Source: Oscillospiraceae bacterium (GTDB lineage: Bacteria; Bacillota; Clostridia; Oscillospirales; Ruminococcaceae). From it: DNA of 64,000 nt. Position 1 is the stretch's first letter, and every line of letters starts with the position of its first letter. The notes under the pieces are model-generated. The model was not told the DNA's origin and searched no databases. It saw nothing but the letters and a program-made list of their open reading frames with translations. Of this stretch, positions 1 to 8,133 are shown in pieces. The translations under genes were made by a program, and so were the position numbers. The stretch is from contig JAFUOZ010000041.1 of the NCBI GenBank assembly GCA_017481565.1, forward strand, positions 12,351-76,350, in the 5' to 3' direction.

Positions 1-942
1 TCCAATTTCTCCAATGAGATCATGATAAACAGAATTAATTCTGACCTTGCAAACGATCTAGGAAACTTGGTTTCAAGAACTGTTGCTATGGCTGAAAAGT
101 ATTTCGGAGGAACATTGCCTTCCGAAAGACAGTCCGATCCTGTTGATGATGAGCTTATCAATATGGCAAAGGCTCTCAGAGAGACTGTTGCCGCAGATGT
201 TGAGGAGGCTCAGCTTTCAAACGCCCTTGCAGAGATATTCAAGGTGATCTCCCGTGCAAACAAGTACATTGACGAAACAGCTCCCTGGGTGCTTGCAAAG
301 GACGAAAGCAACAAGGCAAGACTTGCAACTGTTCTTTATAATCTTCTTGAGGCTGTAAGAATATCCACATCACTTCTTTCCGCATTTATGCCTACTACAA
401 TGCCTGAGGTATGGAGACAGATAGGTGCTTCCGAAGAGGATGTTTCCTATGAAAATGCAGGAAAGTTCGGTGTACTTCCTGAAAATGTCACAGTAACAAA
501 GGGTGATGTTCTGTTCCCCAGAATCGACGTTGAGAAGGAGATAGACGCTCTCAATGAAATGATAAAGTCTTCTCAGCCTGCAGAGGACGAGGACAAGGCT
601 AATCTTGTACCCATTTCTGAAACCATCACTATTGATGACTTTGCAAAGGTTGACTTAAGAGTTGCAGAGGTCATTGAGTGCGAAAAGGTCAAGAAGGCAA
701 AGAAGCTTCTTAAGCTGCAGCTGAATGACGGTTTCGGTACAAGACAGGTAGTTTCGGGAATTGCAAAGTGGTATGCTCCCGAGGACCTTATCGGAAAGAA
801 GGTCATTGTTGTAGCAAATCTCGCACCTGCAAAGCTTTGCGGTGAGGAGAGCGCAGGCATGATCGTTGCTGCTGATGTAGGAGAGGACGCAAGAGTTATC
901 TTTGTTGATAAGGATATCCCCAACGGCAGCAAGCTCAGATAA
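1..942 (+). CDS. metG: methionine--tRNA ligase, C-terminal portion (5' end lies upstream of the window)
   Basis: Frame 1 is open from base 1 (SNFSNEIMINR...), so the ATG at 22 is internal. Contains DLANDLGNLVSR (anticodon-binding domain) and a C-terminal Trbp111/EMAP-type tRNA-binding OB fold (DLRVAEV..KLLKLQL..RQVVSGIAKWY..GKKVIVVANLAPAKLCGEESAGM). Confidence 0.9.
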   Translation, partial: SNFSNEIMINRINSDLANDLGNLVSRTVAMAEKYFGGTLPSERQSDPVDDELINMAKALRETVAADVEEAQLSNALAEIFKVISRANKYIDETAPWVLAKDESNKARLATVLYNLLEAVRISTSLLSAFMPTTMPEVWRQIGASEEDVSYENAGKFGVLPENVTVTKGDVLFPRIDVEKEIDALNEMIKSSQPAEDEDKANLVPISETITIDDFAKVDLRVAEVIECEKVKKAKKLLKLQLNDGFGTRQVVSGIAKWYAPEDLIGKKVIVVANLAPAKLCGEESAGMIVAADVGEDARVIFVDKDIPNGSKLR

Positions 943-967
943 TTATCAATGCGCAATTCGTAATTGA
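940..967 (+). repeat. short run of YAATKCG heptads beginning on the metG stop codon
   Basis: TAATTAT CAATGCG CAATTCG TAATTGA. Same heptad unit as the long array at 59275-59530 (opposite strand there). Confidence 0.5.
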
Positions 968-1024
968 TGCTTTTAGCTGTATCATTATCCGATACGCTCA
1001 TATATTTAAGTTTAAGATCATTAA

Positions 1025-1065
1025 AAGGGGCTTGCAGGATATTAATGCAAGCCCCTTATTGCTTT
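1025..1065 (+). terminator. rho-independent terminator after metG
   Basis: 12-bp stem AAGGGGCTTGCA (1025-1036) / TGCAAGCCCCTT (1046-1057), 9-nt loop, T-rich tail. Confidence 0.7.
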
Positions 1066-1076
1066 ATAACGGTAAA

Positions 1077-2405
1077 ATGCTTATGATAAAGAAAATACTT
1101 TGCTATGTGGGTACATTTGCGGCGGCACTTCTGTTTCTGTGGGGAGCACTTCTGCTTTCGTCATCAGTACCCGATGAAAAAATATATGATAATCTTTATT
1201 CCTCGGCACAGCATTACAGCGGAAAAATGGCATTTGGCTTTAAAAGTGACGGAAGATATAATTCTGTAACCGATAATTATGCAGATGTTATACTTTTAAA
1301 TATAATATACAATATAAAAAGCAATGACCCTTTTATATCATCATTAGATACAAAATATTACAGCGGCGGTGAAGAGGGCGTAAATGCAGGATTTTACTAT
1401 TCACTGACCGAGGGTATACCTCCCGATACCGATTATACACGATATTGGCATGGAATGGCGGTGTTTATACGTCCTCTGCTTATATTTACAGATGTGGAGG
1501 GGATAAAAAATATCGGTGCGTGGGCGGTAATGCTGCTTATGGCGGCGCTGTGTGTTATACTTACGGTGAAAAAACAGTATTTCGGAGCGGCGGCAGTTAT
1601 TATCTCATTTTCGGCGGTGCAGCTGTGGAATATACGGCTTTCTCTTGAATATCTTCCGTCGGCTGCGGTATGCTTTTTTATGAGTATACTTTATGTGCTG
1701 CTTGAAAAAAAGAGCGATGATATACTTATTTATTTAAGTATATGCGGCGGAGTTATGATAGCCTTCTTTGATTTTCTCACAGCAGAGACGCTGACAATAC
1801 TTATACCGCTGCTTCTGGTGTATATAATACGCATGAACGACGGACGGACAGGTGAGCTTAAGAGTATGTTCAGGACGTTTTTTTTAAACTGCATTGCATG
1901 GGGAATATCCTATATAATGACCTTTATCGCAAAATGGACTATCGCTTCCGCTGTAACGGGGGAAAACAAGTTCACGGCGGCGTTATCCTCGGTGGGAGAA
2001 CGTTTTGCGGGAGAAGCGGATAAGATAGGATATCCAAAGCTTATATTATATGCGCCCCTTGCCAATCTTTCAACTGTTTTCGGCGGCACTGAAAGGATAT
2101 CGTCGGGGAATATTATAGTGGGTCTTGCGGTTACGGCGGTAGTAATGTGCGGTGTATATTATATACTGCGGAGAAAGGTTTTCTGTAAGGAAGCTGTTAT
2201 TTTTGCGGTTATTGCGGTTATCCCCTTTATACGCTTTTCGGTGCTTTCAAATCATTCCTATCTGCATGAATTTTTTACATATCGTGCACTGGCTTCGTCG
2301 GTTATGGCGCTGCTTGCTTTTGTATGGTATAATATTTTGCTTTCGGAGAATAAAAAAACTGTAAGCGGCAATAAAAAAAGCATAAAATATAAGGAGAGCA
2401 GATAA
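1077..2405 (+). CDS. polytopic membrane protein of unknown function (possibly GT-C-like)
   Basis: About 10-11 hydrophobic segments. The track ORF starts with TTG at 1032 inside the metG terminator stem, so I chose the first in-frame ATG (1077, MLMIKKILCY). I recognised no catalytic motif. Confidence 0.7.
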   Translation: MLMIKKILCYVGTFAAALLFLWGALLLSSSVPDEKIYDNLYSSAQHYSGKMAFGFKSDGRYNSVTDNYADVILLNIIYNIKSNDPFISSLDTKYYSGGEEGVNAGFYYSLTEGIPPDTDYTRYWHGMAVFIRPLLIFTDVEGIKNIGAWAVMLLMAALCVILTVKKQYFGAAAVIISFSAVQLWNIRLSLEYLPSAAVCFFMSILYVLLEKKSDDILIYLSICGGVMIAFFDFLTAETLTILIPLLLVYIIRMNDGRTGELKSMFRTFFLNCIAWGISYIMTFIAKWTIASAVTGENKFTAALSSVGERFAGEADKIGYPKLILYAPLANLSTVFGGTERISSGNIIVGLAVTAVVMCGVYYILRRKVFCKEAVIFAVIAVIPFIRFSVLSNHSYLHEFFTYRALASSVMALLAFVWYNILLSENKKTVSGNKKSIKYKESR

Positions 2406-2406
2406 T

Positions 2407-2916
2407 ATGTCAGAGAATACTGTAAGAGAAAAATTTATTAAAATTCGGAAGATGTGCGACAGGCTTGAAGAAGCCGGAGTAGATCAATATGGCTTTTATC
2501 CGCCTGTGACCGAAGCGGATATACACAGGTGGGAGGAAAAAAACAATGCGAAGCTTCCTGACGGTCTTAAGGAATGGTATCTGTGTTCCGACGGTGCGGA
2601 TATTACATCATTTCAGCTTTATCCGCTTAACAGGTTATCGGCAGATACAGTGATCGGAGGATATCGGGGATATTATCCTGTAGGCTCGTATATAGGTGAC
2701 GGGGCGATGCTTGTTGCGGATAAGGAAGGTAATTTATACACTGCAGATCACGGAGATATCAATAAAAGTGATTTTTCGGGTTTTCTTGATTGGTATCTTA
2801 TAGATTTTCTGGCTGATGAGTTATATACCTATTGTGGTGATGAGTATGAAAGCGAGACAAAACAAGCATATAATGAGGCTATTAAAAATGCCTTCCTTAA
2901 AGTGATTGGCAGGTAA
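2407..2916 (+). CDS. SMI1/KNR4 (SUKH-1) family protein
   Basis: 169 aa. Typical SUKH-1 N-terminal pattern ..ADIHRWEEKNNAKLPDGLKEWYLCSDGADI.. and small cytoplasmic size. Starts 1 nt after the upstream stop. Confidence 0.75.
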   Translation: MSENTVREKFIKIRKMCDRLEEAGVDQYGFYPPVTEADIHRWEEKNNAKLPDGLKEWYLCSDGADITSFQLYPLNRLSADTVIGGYRGYYPVGSYIGDGAMLVADKEGNLYTADHGDINKSDFSGFLDWYLIDFLADELYTYCGDEYESETKQAYNEAIKNAFLKVIGR

Positions 2917-2964
2917 TAGGATTGAAGCGGTATTGAGGTTACTTTAAATCAAAATAATCTATAC

Positions 2965-3003
2965 AAATGACCTGTGATTTTTCATTGGTCATTTTTGTTT
3001 TTG
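2965..3003 (+). terminator. rho-independent terminator
   Basis: Stem AAATGACC (2965-2972) / GGTCATTT (2987-2994) followed by TTTGTTTTT. Confidence 0.6.
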
Positions 3004-3123
3004 TTAAGGAAACGCTGATTAAAGCCGCAGGCATCGATTACGCCCCTCGAAAATCCCTTTGCCGAAGCGGCAAAACTTACTGAGAGGGGCGATAATCGAT
3101 TTAATCAGCGGTTCCTTAAGGAA
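3004..3123 (+). repeat. ~118-bp imperfect-palindrome element, copy A
   Basis: Outer arms TTAAGGAAACGCTGATTAAA / TTTAATCAGCGGTTCCTTAA. Inner arms ATCGATTACGCCCCTC / GAGGGGCGATAATCGAT. Central hairpin TTTGCCGAAGCGGCAAA. Homologous copies at 27374-27491 (inverted) and 40403-40499. Confidence 0.8.
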
Positions 3124-3242
3124 GTGCTGAGCAAATTTTTGTCTTGGCTTTTTGCATGGCTGCTGTGCTTTGAATTGTTATATTCTGTATATCTTTTGCT
3201 GTTATGTCCATAATATAAAAAATACTATACGGAGGATTTTTT

Positions 3243-5366
3243 ATGACAGCAATTATTATTACAGGCGGTAAGGGCAGCCGAATGAAACCACTTAATTCTG
3301 TGTGTTCTAAGCATGAACTGAAAATATGCGGAAAATCAATACTTGATTATATTACCGAAAAGCTCCGTAATAACGGCATTGATGAAATGATATATACCCA
3401 AAGTGAATATCTCAGAGCCGATCCTGTTTCATCGGTGAGGGCAGCAGCCAAAAAAATGAATGAAACCGCTGTTGCCGTATGCTCAGATGTACTCTGCGCT
3501 ATGGATTACCGCAAGGCTTTTATTATGCATAAAAGGTGGGGAAAAAGCATCACGCTCCTTTACTGCGGCGGCATTTTTACAGGCAATTTTATTTTTGAAC
3601 CTGATTTTTTTGAAAGATTTCCTGTACTTAAGGGAGATGTTTATTCTCTTGAGGATAAGCTTGGATATCTTGCGGCTGAATATAATGAGGACTGCTTTTT
3701 TATTGATATCAATACTCCGTCGGATTATATGGCAGCCGGGAAAGCAGTGTTGTATCGGAAATATATCCCCGATATTCCCTTTGAGGAAAATGCGTTTGTT
3801 CCCAAGGGAACTTATGCCGATACTGCCGAAACGGAGGCTCCTGTCTATATCGGAAAAAGCTGTGTTATCGACAGCGGAGCGGTCATTGCTCAGGGAACTC
3901 TTATAGGTGACTGTGTTTATATCGGAAAGGGTGCTCATATTGACGGCGGTATTATTATGAATGGTGTATATATCGGAGAAAGGGTACGGGTAAAGGATGC
4001 TGTTGTCTGCGAAAATGCACGGCTTCTCAGCGGAGCGCAGGTCTATCGGGGTGCTGTAATGGGCAGCGGAGCTTCCGCAGGTGAGAATTCAAGGATATAT
4101 GAGGGGGTAAGGGTCTGGAACGGCAGACGGGTTGCTCCCGAACAGACAGCCTCGTCGGATATTGTGTATTCGGGCGGCGGAGCTTCCGTTCTTCCGCTTA
4201 TGTTTGACAGCGAGGGCAGAATGTGCGGAGAATGCGGCGGAGTGATCAATCCGAAAACGGCTGCTGCTATGGGAAGTGCGGCGGTACAGTGCGGAAGGAC
4301 TGTTATTATCGGTCACAGAAGCGGTGCGGCATCAAAAGCTCTTGCATATGCATTTGCTGCAGGTGTGTCGGCTGCAGGCGGTGAAGCGATAATTTCAGGT
4401 GAGCTTTCCGAGCCGGCACTACGATACGGTACGATCATTTCGGGGGCAGGCTGCGGCTGTTATATTGACGGGGGAGTGAGTACCTCTGTACGTCTGTGCG
4501 CCGCTGACGGTCTTTCTGTTGATGAGGAGCTGGGAAGCCGTATTGAACAGGCCGTTGATAAAGGTGAATACTGCTCGGTGGGGCATAATCATTACGGCAG
4601 GATATCTTATCTGAATGATATATACAAAATGTATAATGTGTATCTGAATAAACTTGTCGTATCTGATATAAGCGGAATATATGCCGATGTAAGCTGTTCC
4701 GACAGTGTTTTATACAGCTTCTGCCGTGAAAAGCTTTCCTCTATGGGTGCGGATAATAAGAGCAATGAAAGGATAGCCTTTCATATAAGTGCCGACGGCA
4801 GAAAAATTTCTGCATACAGCGATGAAACGGGATATGTTTTTCATGATAAGCTGGTCATGCTTGCAATAAAAAGGCTCAGCGAAAGAGGTATCGGAAACAT
4901 CGGGGTTTCATCGGATATTCCGAAAGCGGCAGATCAGATCGCTCCTGTATTAAGGTATAAAACTGTTCCCGATCACAGAGAGATGTGCTCCGAGGAGATA
5001 TCCGCTGACAGAAAAGCAAGAAGTGCCGCTGCAAAGCTGCCCTTTTCCGAGGACGGCTGTGCGGTGATGCTTATTGTGCTGGATCATCTGGCAGCTCTTG
5101 GGATAAGTCTTAAAAAGGCGGTTTCTGAGCTTCCTTCATATGCGGCGGCGGAACGGTTCATACCGGTAAGAGGAAGTGCCGCTCAGCTTAAGGAGCTTAT
5201 CGGCAGGGCAGGTATTTCGGACAGAGATGAAAATATATCATCGGGACGAGTGATAATAAAGCCTGTAAGAACAGGGGGCGGTATTATGATGCATATCGAA
5301 AGCACAGATATTGAAGCTGCCGCCGAGCTCTGCGATTTTTATGAAGATCTTATCGGCAGATTGTAA
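3243..5366 (+). CDS. nucleotidyltransferase / left-handed beta-helix / phosphohexomutase-like fusion protein
   Basis: N-terminal IIITGGKGSRMKPL (sugar-1-P nucleotidyltransferase G-loop). Hexapeptide-type repeats (IGKSCVIDSGAVIAQGTLIGDCVYIGKGAHIDGGIIMNGVYIGERVRV). The C-terminal ~400 aa have PGM/PMM-like architecture, but I could not find the T-A-S-H-N-P phosphoserine motif. RBS GGAGGA upstream. Confidence 0.8.
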   Translation: MTAIIITGGKGSRMKPLNSVCSKHELKICGKSILDYITEKLRNNGIDEMIYTQSEYLRADPVSSVRAAAKKMNETAVAVCSDVLCAMDYRKAFIMHKRWGKSITLLYCGGIFTGNFIFEPDFFERFPVLKGDVYSLEDKLGYLAAEYNEDCFFIDINTPSDYMAAGKAVLYRKYIPDIPFEENAFVPKGTYADTAETEAPVYIGKSCVIDSGAVIAQGTLIGDCVYIGKGAHIDGGIIMNGVYIGERVRVKDAVVCENARLLSGAQVYRGAVMGSGASAGENSRIYEGVRVWNGRRVAPEQTASSDIVYSGGGASVLPLMFDSEGRMCGECGGVINPKTAAAMGSAAVQCGRTVIIGHRSGAASKALAYAFAAGVSAAGGEAIISGELSEPALRYGTIISGAGCGCYIDGGVSTSVRLCAADGLSVDEELGSRIEQAVDKGEYCSVGHNHYGRISYLNDIYKMYNVYLNKLVVSDISGIYADVSCSDSVLYSFCREKLSSMGADNKSNERIAFHISADGRKISAYSDETGYVFHDKLVMLAIKRLSERGIGNIGVSSDIPKAADQIAPVLRYKTVPDHREMCSEEISADRKARSAAAKLPFSEDGCAVMLIVLDHLAALGISLKKAVSELPSYAAAERFIPVRGSAAQLKELIGRAGISDRDENISSGRVIIKPVRTGGGIMMHIESTDIEAAAELCDFYEDLIGRL

Positions 5367-5407
5367 CTGTACCGTGTTTTTTGTCGGATTATGACATTAA
5401 ATTGTAA

Positions 5408-5436
5408 TTGACAAAAGTTCGTAATTGGTGTATAAT
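5408..5436 (+). promoter_or_regulatory. consensus sigma-A-type promoter about 500 nt upstream of rnj
   Basis: TTGACA (5408-5413), 17-nt spacer, TATAAT (5431-5436). Confidence 0.6.
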
Positions 5437-5936
5437 GGATAATATATTTATGTGCGGACTGGTTTTTGCAGCAGCGGACAAGCAATGTTGAGCGTCAGGC
5501 GGTTTATGAAAAGACGCTGAGATATATTATCGCTTCGGAATTTATAATTATAATGTTATGTATTGCGGCATAAAAGGGATCGTGTTAAGCCGCGGATTTT
5601 TTATATTAAGGCAGTGCCCCTTGTATCCTGATAAAATACTGCTTTGCTTCGGAGACAAAGTTTCCATAGGGGTATCTGTCCGTATTTTATGCGATAATTC
5701 GGAACAATTCAAGAAGAATATATTGTACTCTTTATTAAAAGGGTCTATAACAAACCGCAGTTCATATCGTTTCATTAACTATCCAATGAAGTTTTTCAGT
5801 GGGTCTGAAATGATATCTGCGGCTTTGAACTGTGCTTTCATAATCTCCCTGTGCATTTTTGAAACGGTACGGAACATAATTATTACTATTTTTATTATAT
5901 GTAAGCCGCTGTTTTGCCTGCGGCAGTTTAAGAAAG

Positions 5937-8102
5937 GTGATGTGTTTAGTGGCAAAGAACGATGCAGAGTATACTATCAATGATTTCGGTGAAAAGCTTG
6001 CTGTAAAGCAGGAAAAGGAAAATGAAGAAAACGGTACAAGACAGAACGGTTATCAGAAGAGAAGCTTCTATACAAAGAATTATTACGGAAAGAATACAAG
6101 AAGAGCATATCAGGGAAGCTTCCGCCGTTCCTACAGACAGGGTACAGGCTATAACGGCGGATATAAGTCAAATAATAATGAAGGCTATACATCTAACAGG
6201 GAATATGATTTCAGAACAGACGCTAAAAGAGATTATACACGTACAGATCACAGAAAGCCTGTAAGTAATTCCTACAGCGGCAGAAGATACAGCAGCGGAC
6301 AGTCCTACAGGACAAGCAATAAGGAAAGAACAGATATTTTATCGGATAATTTTACACAGTCAAGGACAAGCAGTATTCCTGTTCAGACGATCGCTCCCGA
6401 AATTTCGGACGGCTGCGCTTATCAGACAAATCACAGAAGCACCAAGAGAACTCCTCTTAAAATAATCCCATTAGGCGGTCTGCATGAGATCGGAAAGAAT
6501 ATGACCGTTTTTGAATGTGCCAATGATATTTTCATCGTTGACTGCGGAATGGCGTTCCCCGACAGCGATATGCCCGGTGTTGATATCGTGCTGCCCGATT
6601 TTTCATATATAAAGGAAAATGCTGACAGGGTAAGAGGTATCGTTATAACTCACGGTCATGAGGATCATATCGGCGGACTTGCTTATCTTTTAAAGGACGT
6701 TAATGTTCCTGTATATGCAACAAGACTTACGGTTGGTCTTATTGAAAACAAGCTTAAGGAGCATAATCTGGGCAGTGTATCTCTTAATGTGGTAAAGCCC
6801 AGACAGACCGTAAAGCTTGGCTGCATGGCAGTTGAGTTTATCAGGGTAAATCATTCCATTCCCGATGCTGTTGCACTTGCGATCCATACACCTGCGGGAA
6901 TAGTTGTTCATACAGGCGACTTCAAGGTGGATTATACTCCCATTGAGGGCGGAGTTATTGACCTTGCACGTTTCGGTGAGCTTGGCAGCAGAGGTGTTCT
7001 TGCACTTATGGCGGATTCTACCAATGCGGAAAGGGCAGGTCATACAGCTTCGGAAAGAACTGTAGGTGCTTCCTTTGAAAATCTTTTTGACAAGGCAGAG
7101 GGCAAGCGTATCATTATCGCCACCTTCTCTTCAAATATCCAGAGAATACAGCAGATCGTCAACAATGCGGTAAGATGCGGCAGAAAGGTTGCTGTTTTCG
7201 GCAGGAGCATGGTAAATGTTATCAATACCGCTACCGAGCTTGGCTATTTGAAGGTTCCTGAGGGAGTTATAATAGATCTTGACGCTATGAACCGTTTTCC
7301 GCCTGAAAAGATAGTCCTTATCACAACGGGAAGTCAGGGCGAACCTATGTCCGCACTTACAAGAATGGCGATGAATGAGCATAAGAGCGTTACCATCACT
7401 CCCTATGACTTTATCATAATAAGTGCAACGCCTATCCCCGGCAATGAAAAGCTGGTAACAAAGGTTGTAAACGAGCTGATGAAGTCGGGCGCAGAGGTGG
7501 TTTATGAGGCTATGTATGATGTTCATGTTTCGGGACACGCCTGTCAGGAGGAGCTTAAGCTTATGCAGGCACTTACAAAGCCCAGATTCTTTATCCCCGT
7601 TCACGGTGAATACAAGCATCTGAAAAAGCACGCAGGAGTAGCTTATTCAATGGGAATGAGCGAGGACAGCGTTATCATAGGCAAGATAGGCGATGTTATC
7701 GAGACTGACGGCGTTGAAATGAAGATCACAGGCTCAGTTCAGGCAGGAAGAGTTCTTGTTGACGGACTTGGCGTCGGCGATGTAGGTTCTATCGTTCTCA
7801 GGGACAGAAAGCATCTTGCGCAGGACGGACTTATAGTTGTTGTTGTTACTATTGAGGGTGACAGCGGAACTGTTCTTGCAGGCCCCGATATCGTTTCGAG
7901 AGGCTTTGTATATGTAAGAGAGTCGGAGGAGATGATGGAGGCTGCAAGAGAGCTGCTTACAAATACTCTTCAGAAGTGTCTTGACGGACGCATCAGGGAC
8001 TGGAATACTATCAAGTCAAGGATAAAGGACGATCTCAGCGATTATATCTATATGAAGACAAAGCGCAGTCCCATGATACTGCCTGTTATCGAGGAAATAT
8101 GA
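5937..8102 (+). CDS. rnj: ribonuclease J with a ~165-aa low-complexity N-terminal extension
   Basis: Metallo-beta-lactamase/beta-CASP core: LKIIPLGGLHEIGKNMT, ITHGHEDHIGG, STNAERAGHTASE, HVSGHACQEEL, FIPVHGE. The start is uncertain (GTG 5937, ATG 5940 or GTG 5949, after GAAAGG). Confidence 0.9.
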   Translation: MMCLVAKNDAEYTINDFGEKLAVKQEKENEENGTRQNGYQKRSFYTKNYYGKNTRRAYQGSFRRSYRQGTGYNGGYKSNNNEGYTSNREYDFRTDAKRDYTRTDHRKPVSNSYSGRRYSSGQSYRTSNKERTDILSDNFTQSRTSSIPVQTIAPEISDGCAYQTNHRSTKRTPLKIIPLGGLHEIGKNMTVFECANDIFIVDCGMAFPDSDMPGVDIVLPDFSYIKENADRVRGIVITHGHEDHIGGLAYLLKDVNVPVYATRLTVGLIENKLKEHNLGSVSLNVVKPRQTVKLGCMAVEFIRVNHSIPDAVALAIHTPAGIVVHTGDFKVDYTPIEGGVIDLARFGELGSRGVLALMADSTNAERAGHTASERTVGASFENLFDKAEGKRIIIATFSSNIQRIQQIVNNAVRCGRKVAVFGRSMVNVINTATELGYLKVPEGVIIDLDAMNRFPPEKIVLITTGSQGEPMSALTRMAMNEHKSVTITPYDFIIISATPIPGNEKLVTKVVNELMKSGAEVVYEAMYDVHVSGHACQEELKLMQALTKPRFFIPVHGEYKHLKKHAGVAYSMGMSEDSVIIGKIGDVIETDGVEMKITGSVQAGRVLVDGLGVGDVGSIVLRDRKHLAQDGLIVVVVTIEGDSGTVLAGPDIVSRGFVYVRESEEMMEAARELLTNTLQKCLDGRIRDWNTIKSRIKDDLSDYIYMKTKRSPMILPVIEEI

Positions 8103-8133
8103 TGAGATCGGAATTTGAACGGAGGCGTAAGCT

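Noticed and set aside
1032-1076. TTG start at 1032 for the membrane protein, and TTG at 11634 for dnaB.
   Set aside because: Position 1032 lies inside the stem of the metG terminator. Position 11634 adds residues unlike any DnaB N-terminus and overlaps the heptad run. Downstream starts are more plausible.
5440-5620. Possible 6S RNA, riboswitch or T-box downstream of the consensus promoter.
   Set aside because: I could not match any conserved core that I know (6S closing stems and central bubble, T-box specifier and T-box sequence, common riboswitch cores). I leave it as an unexplained leader rather than naming an RNA family.
5548-5983. ORFs of 141, 75 and 72 aa in the rnj upstream region.
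   Set aside because: Cys/Phe/Ile-rich composition that is implausible for real proteins, no RBS, and mutually overlapping on both strands. The region is better explained as an untranslated leader.
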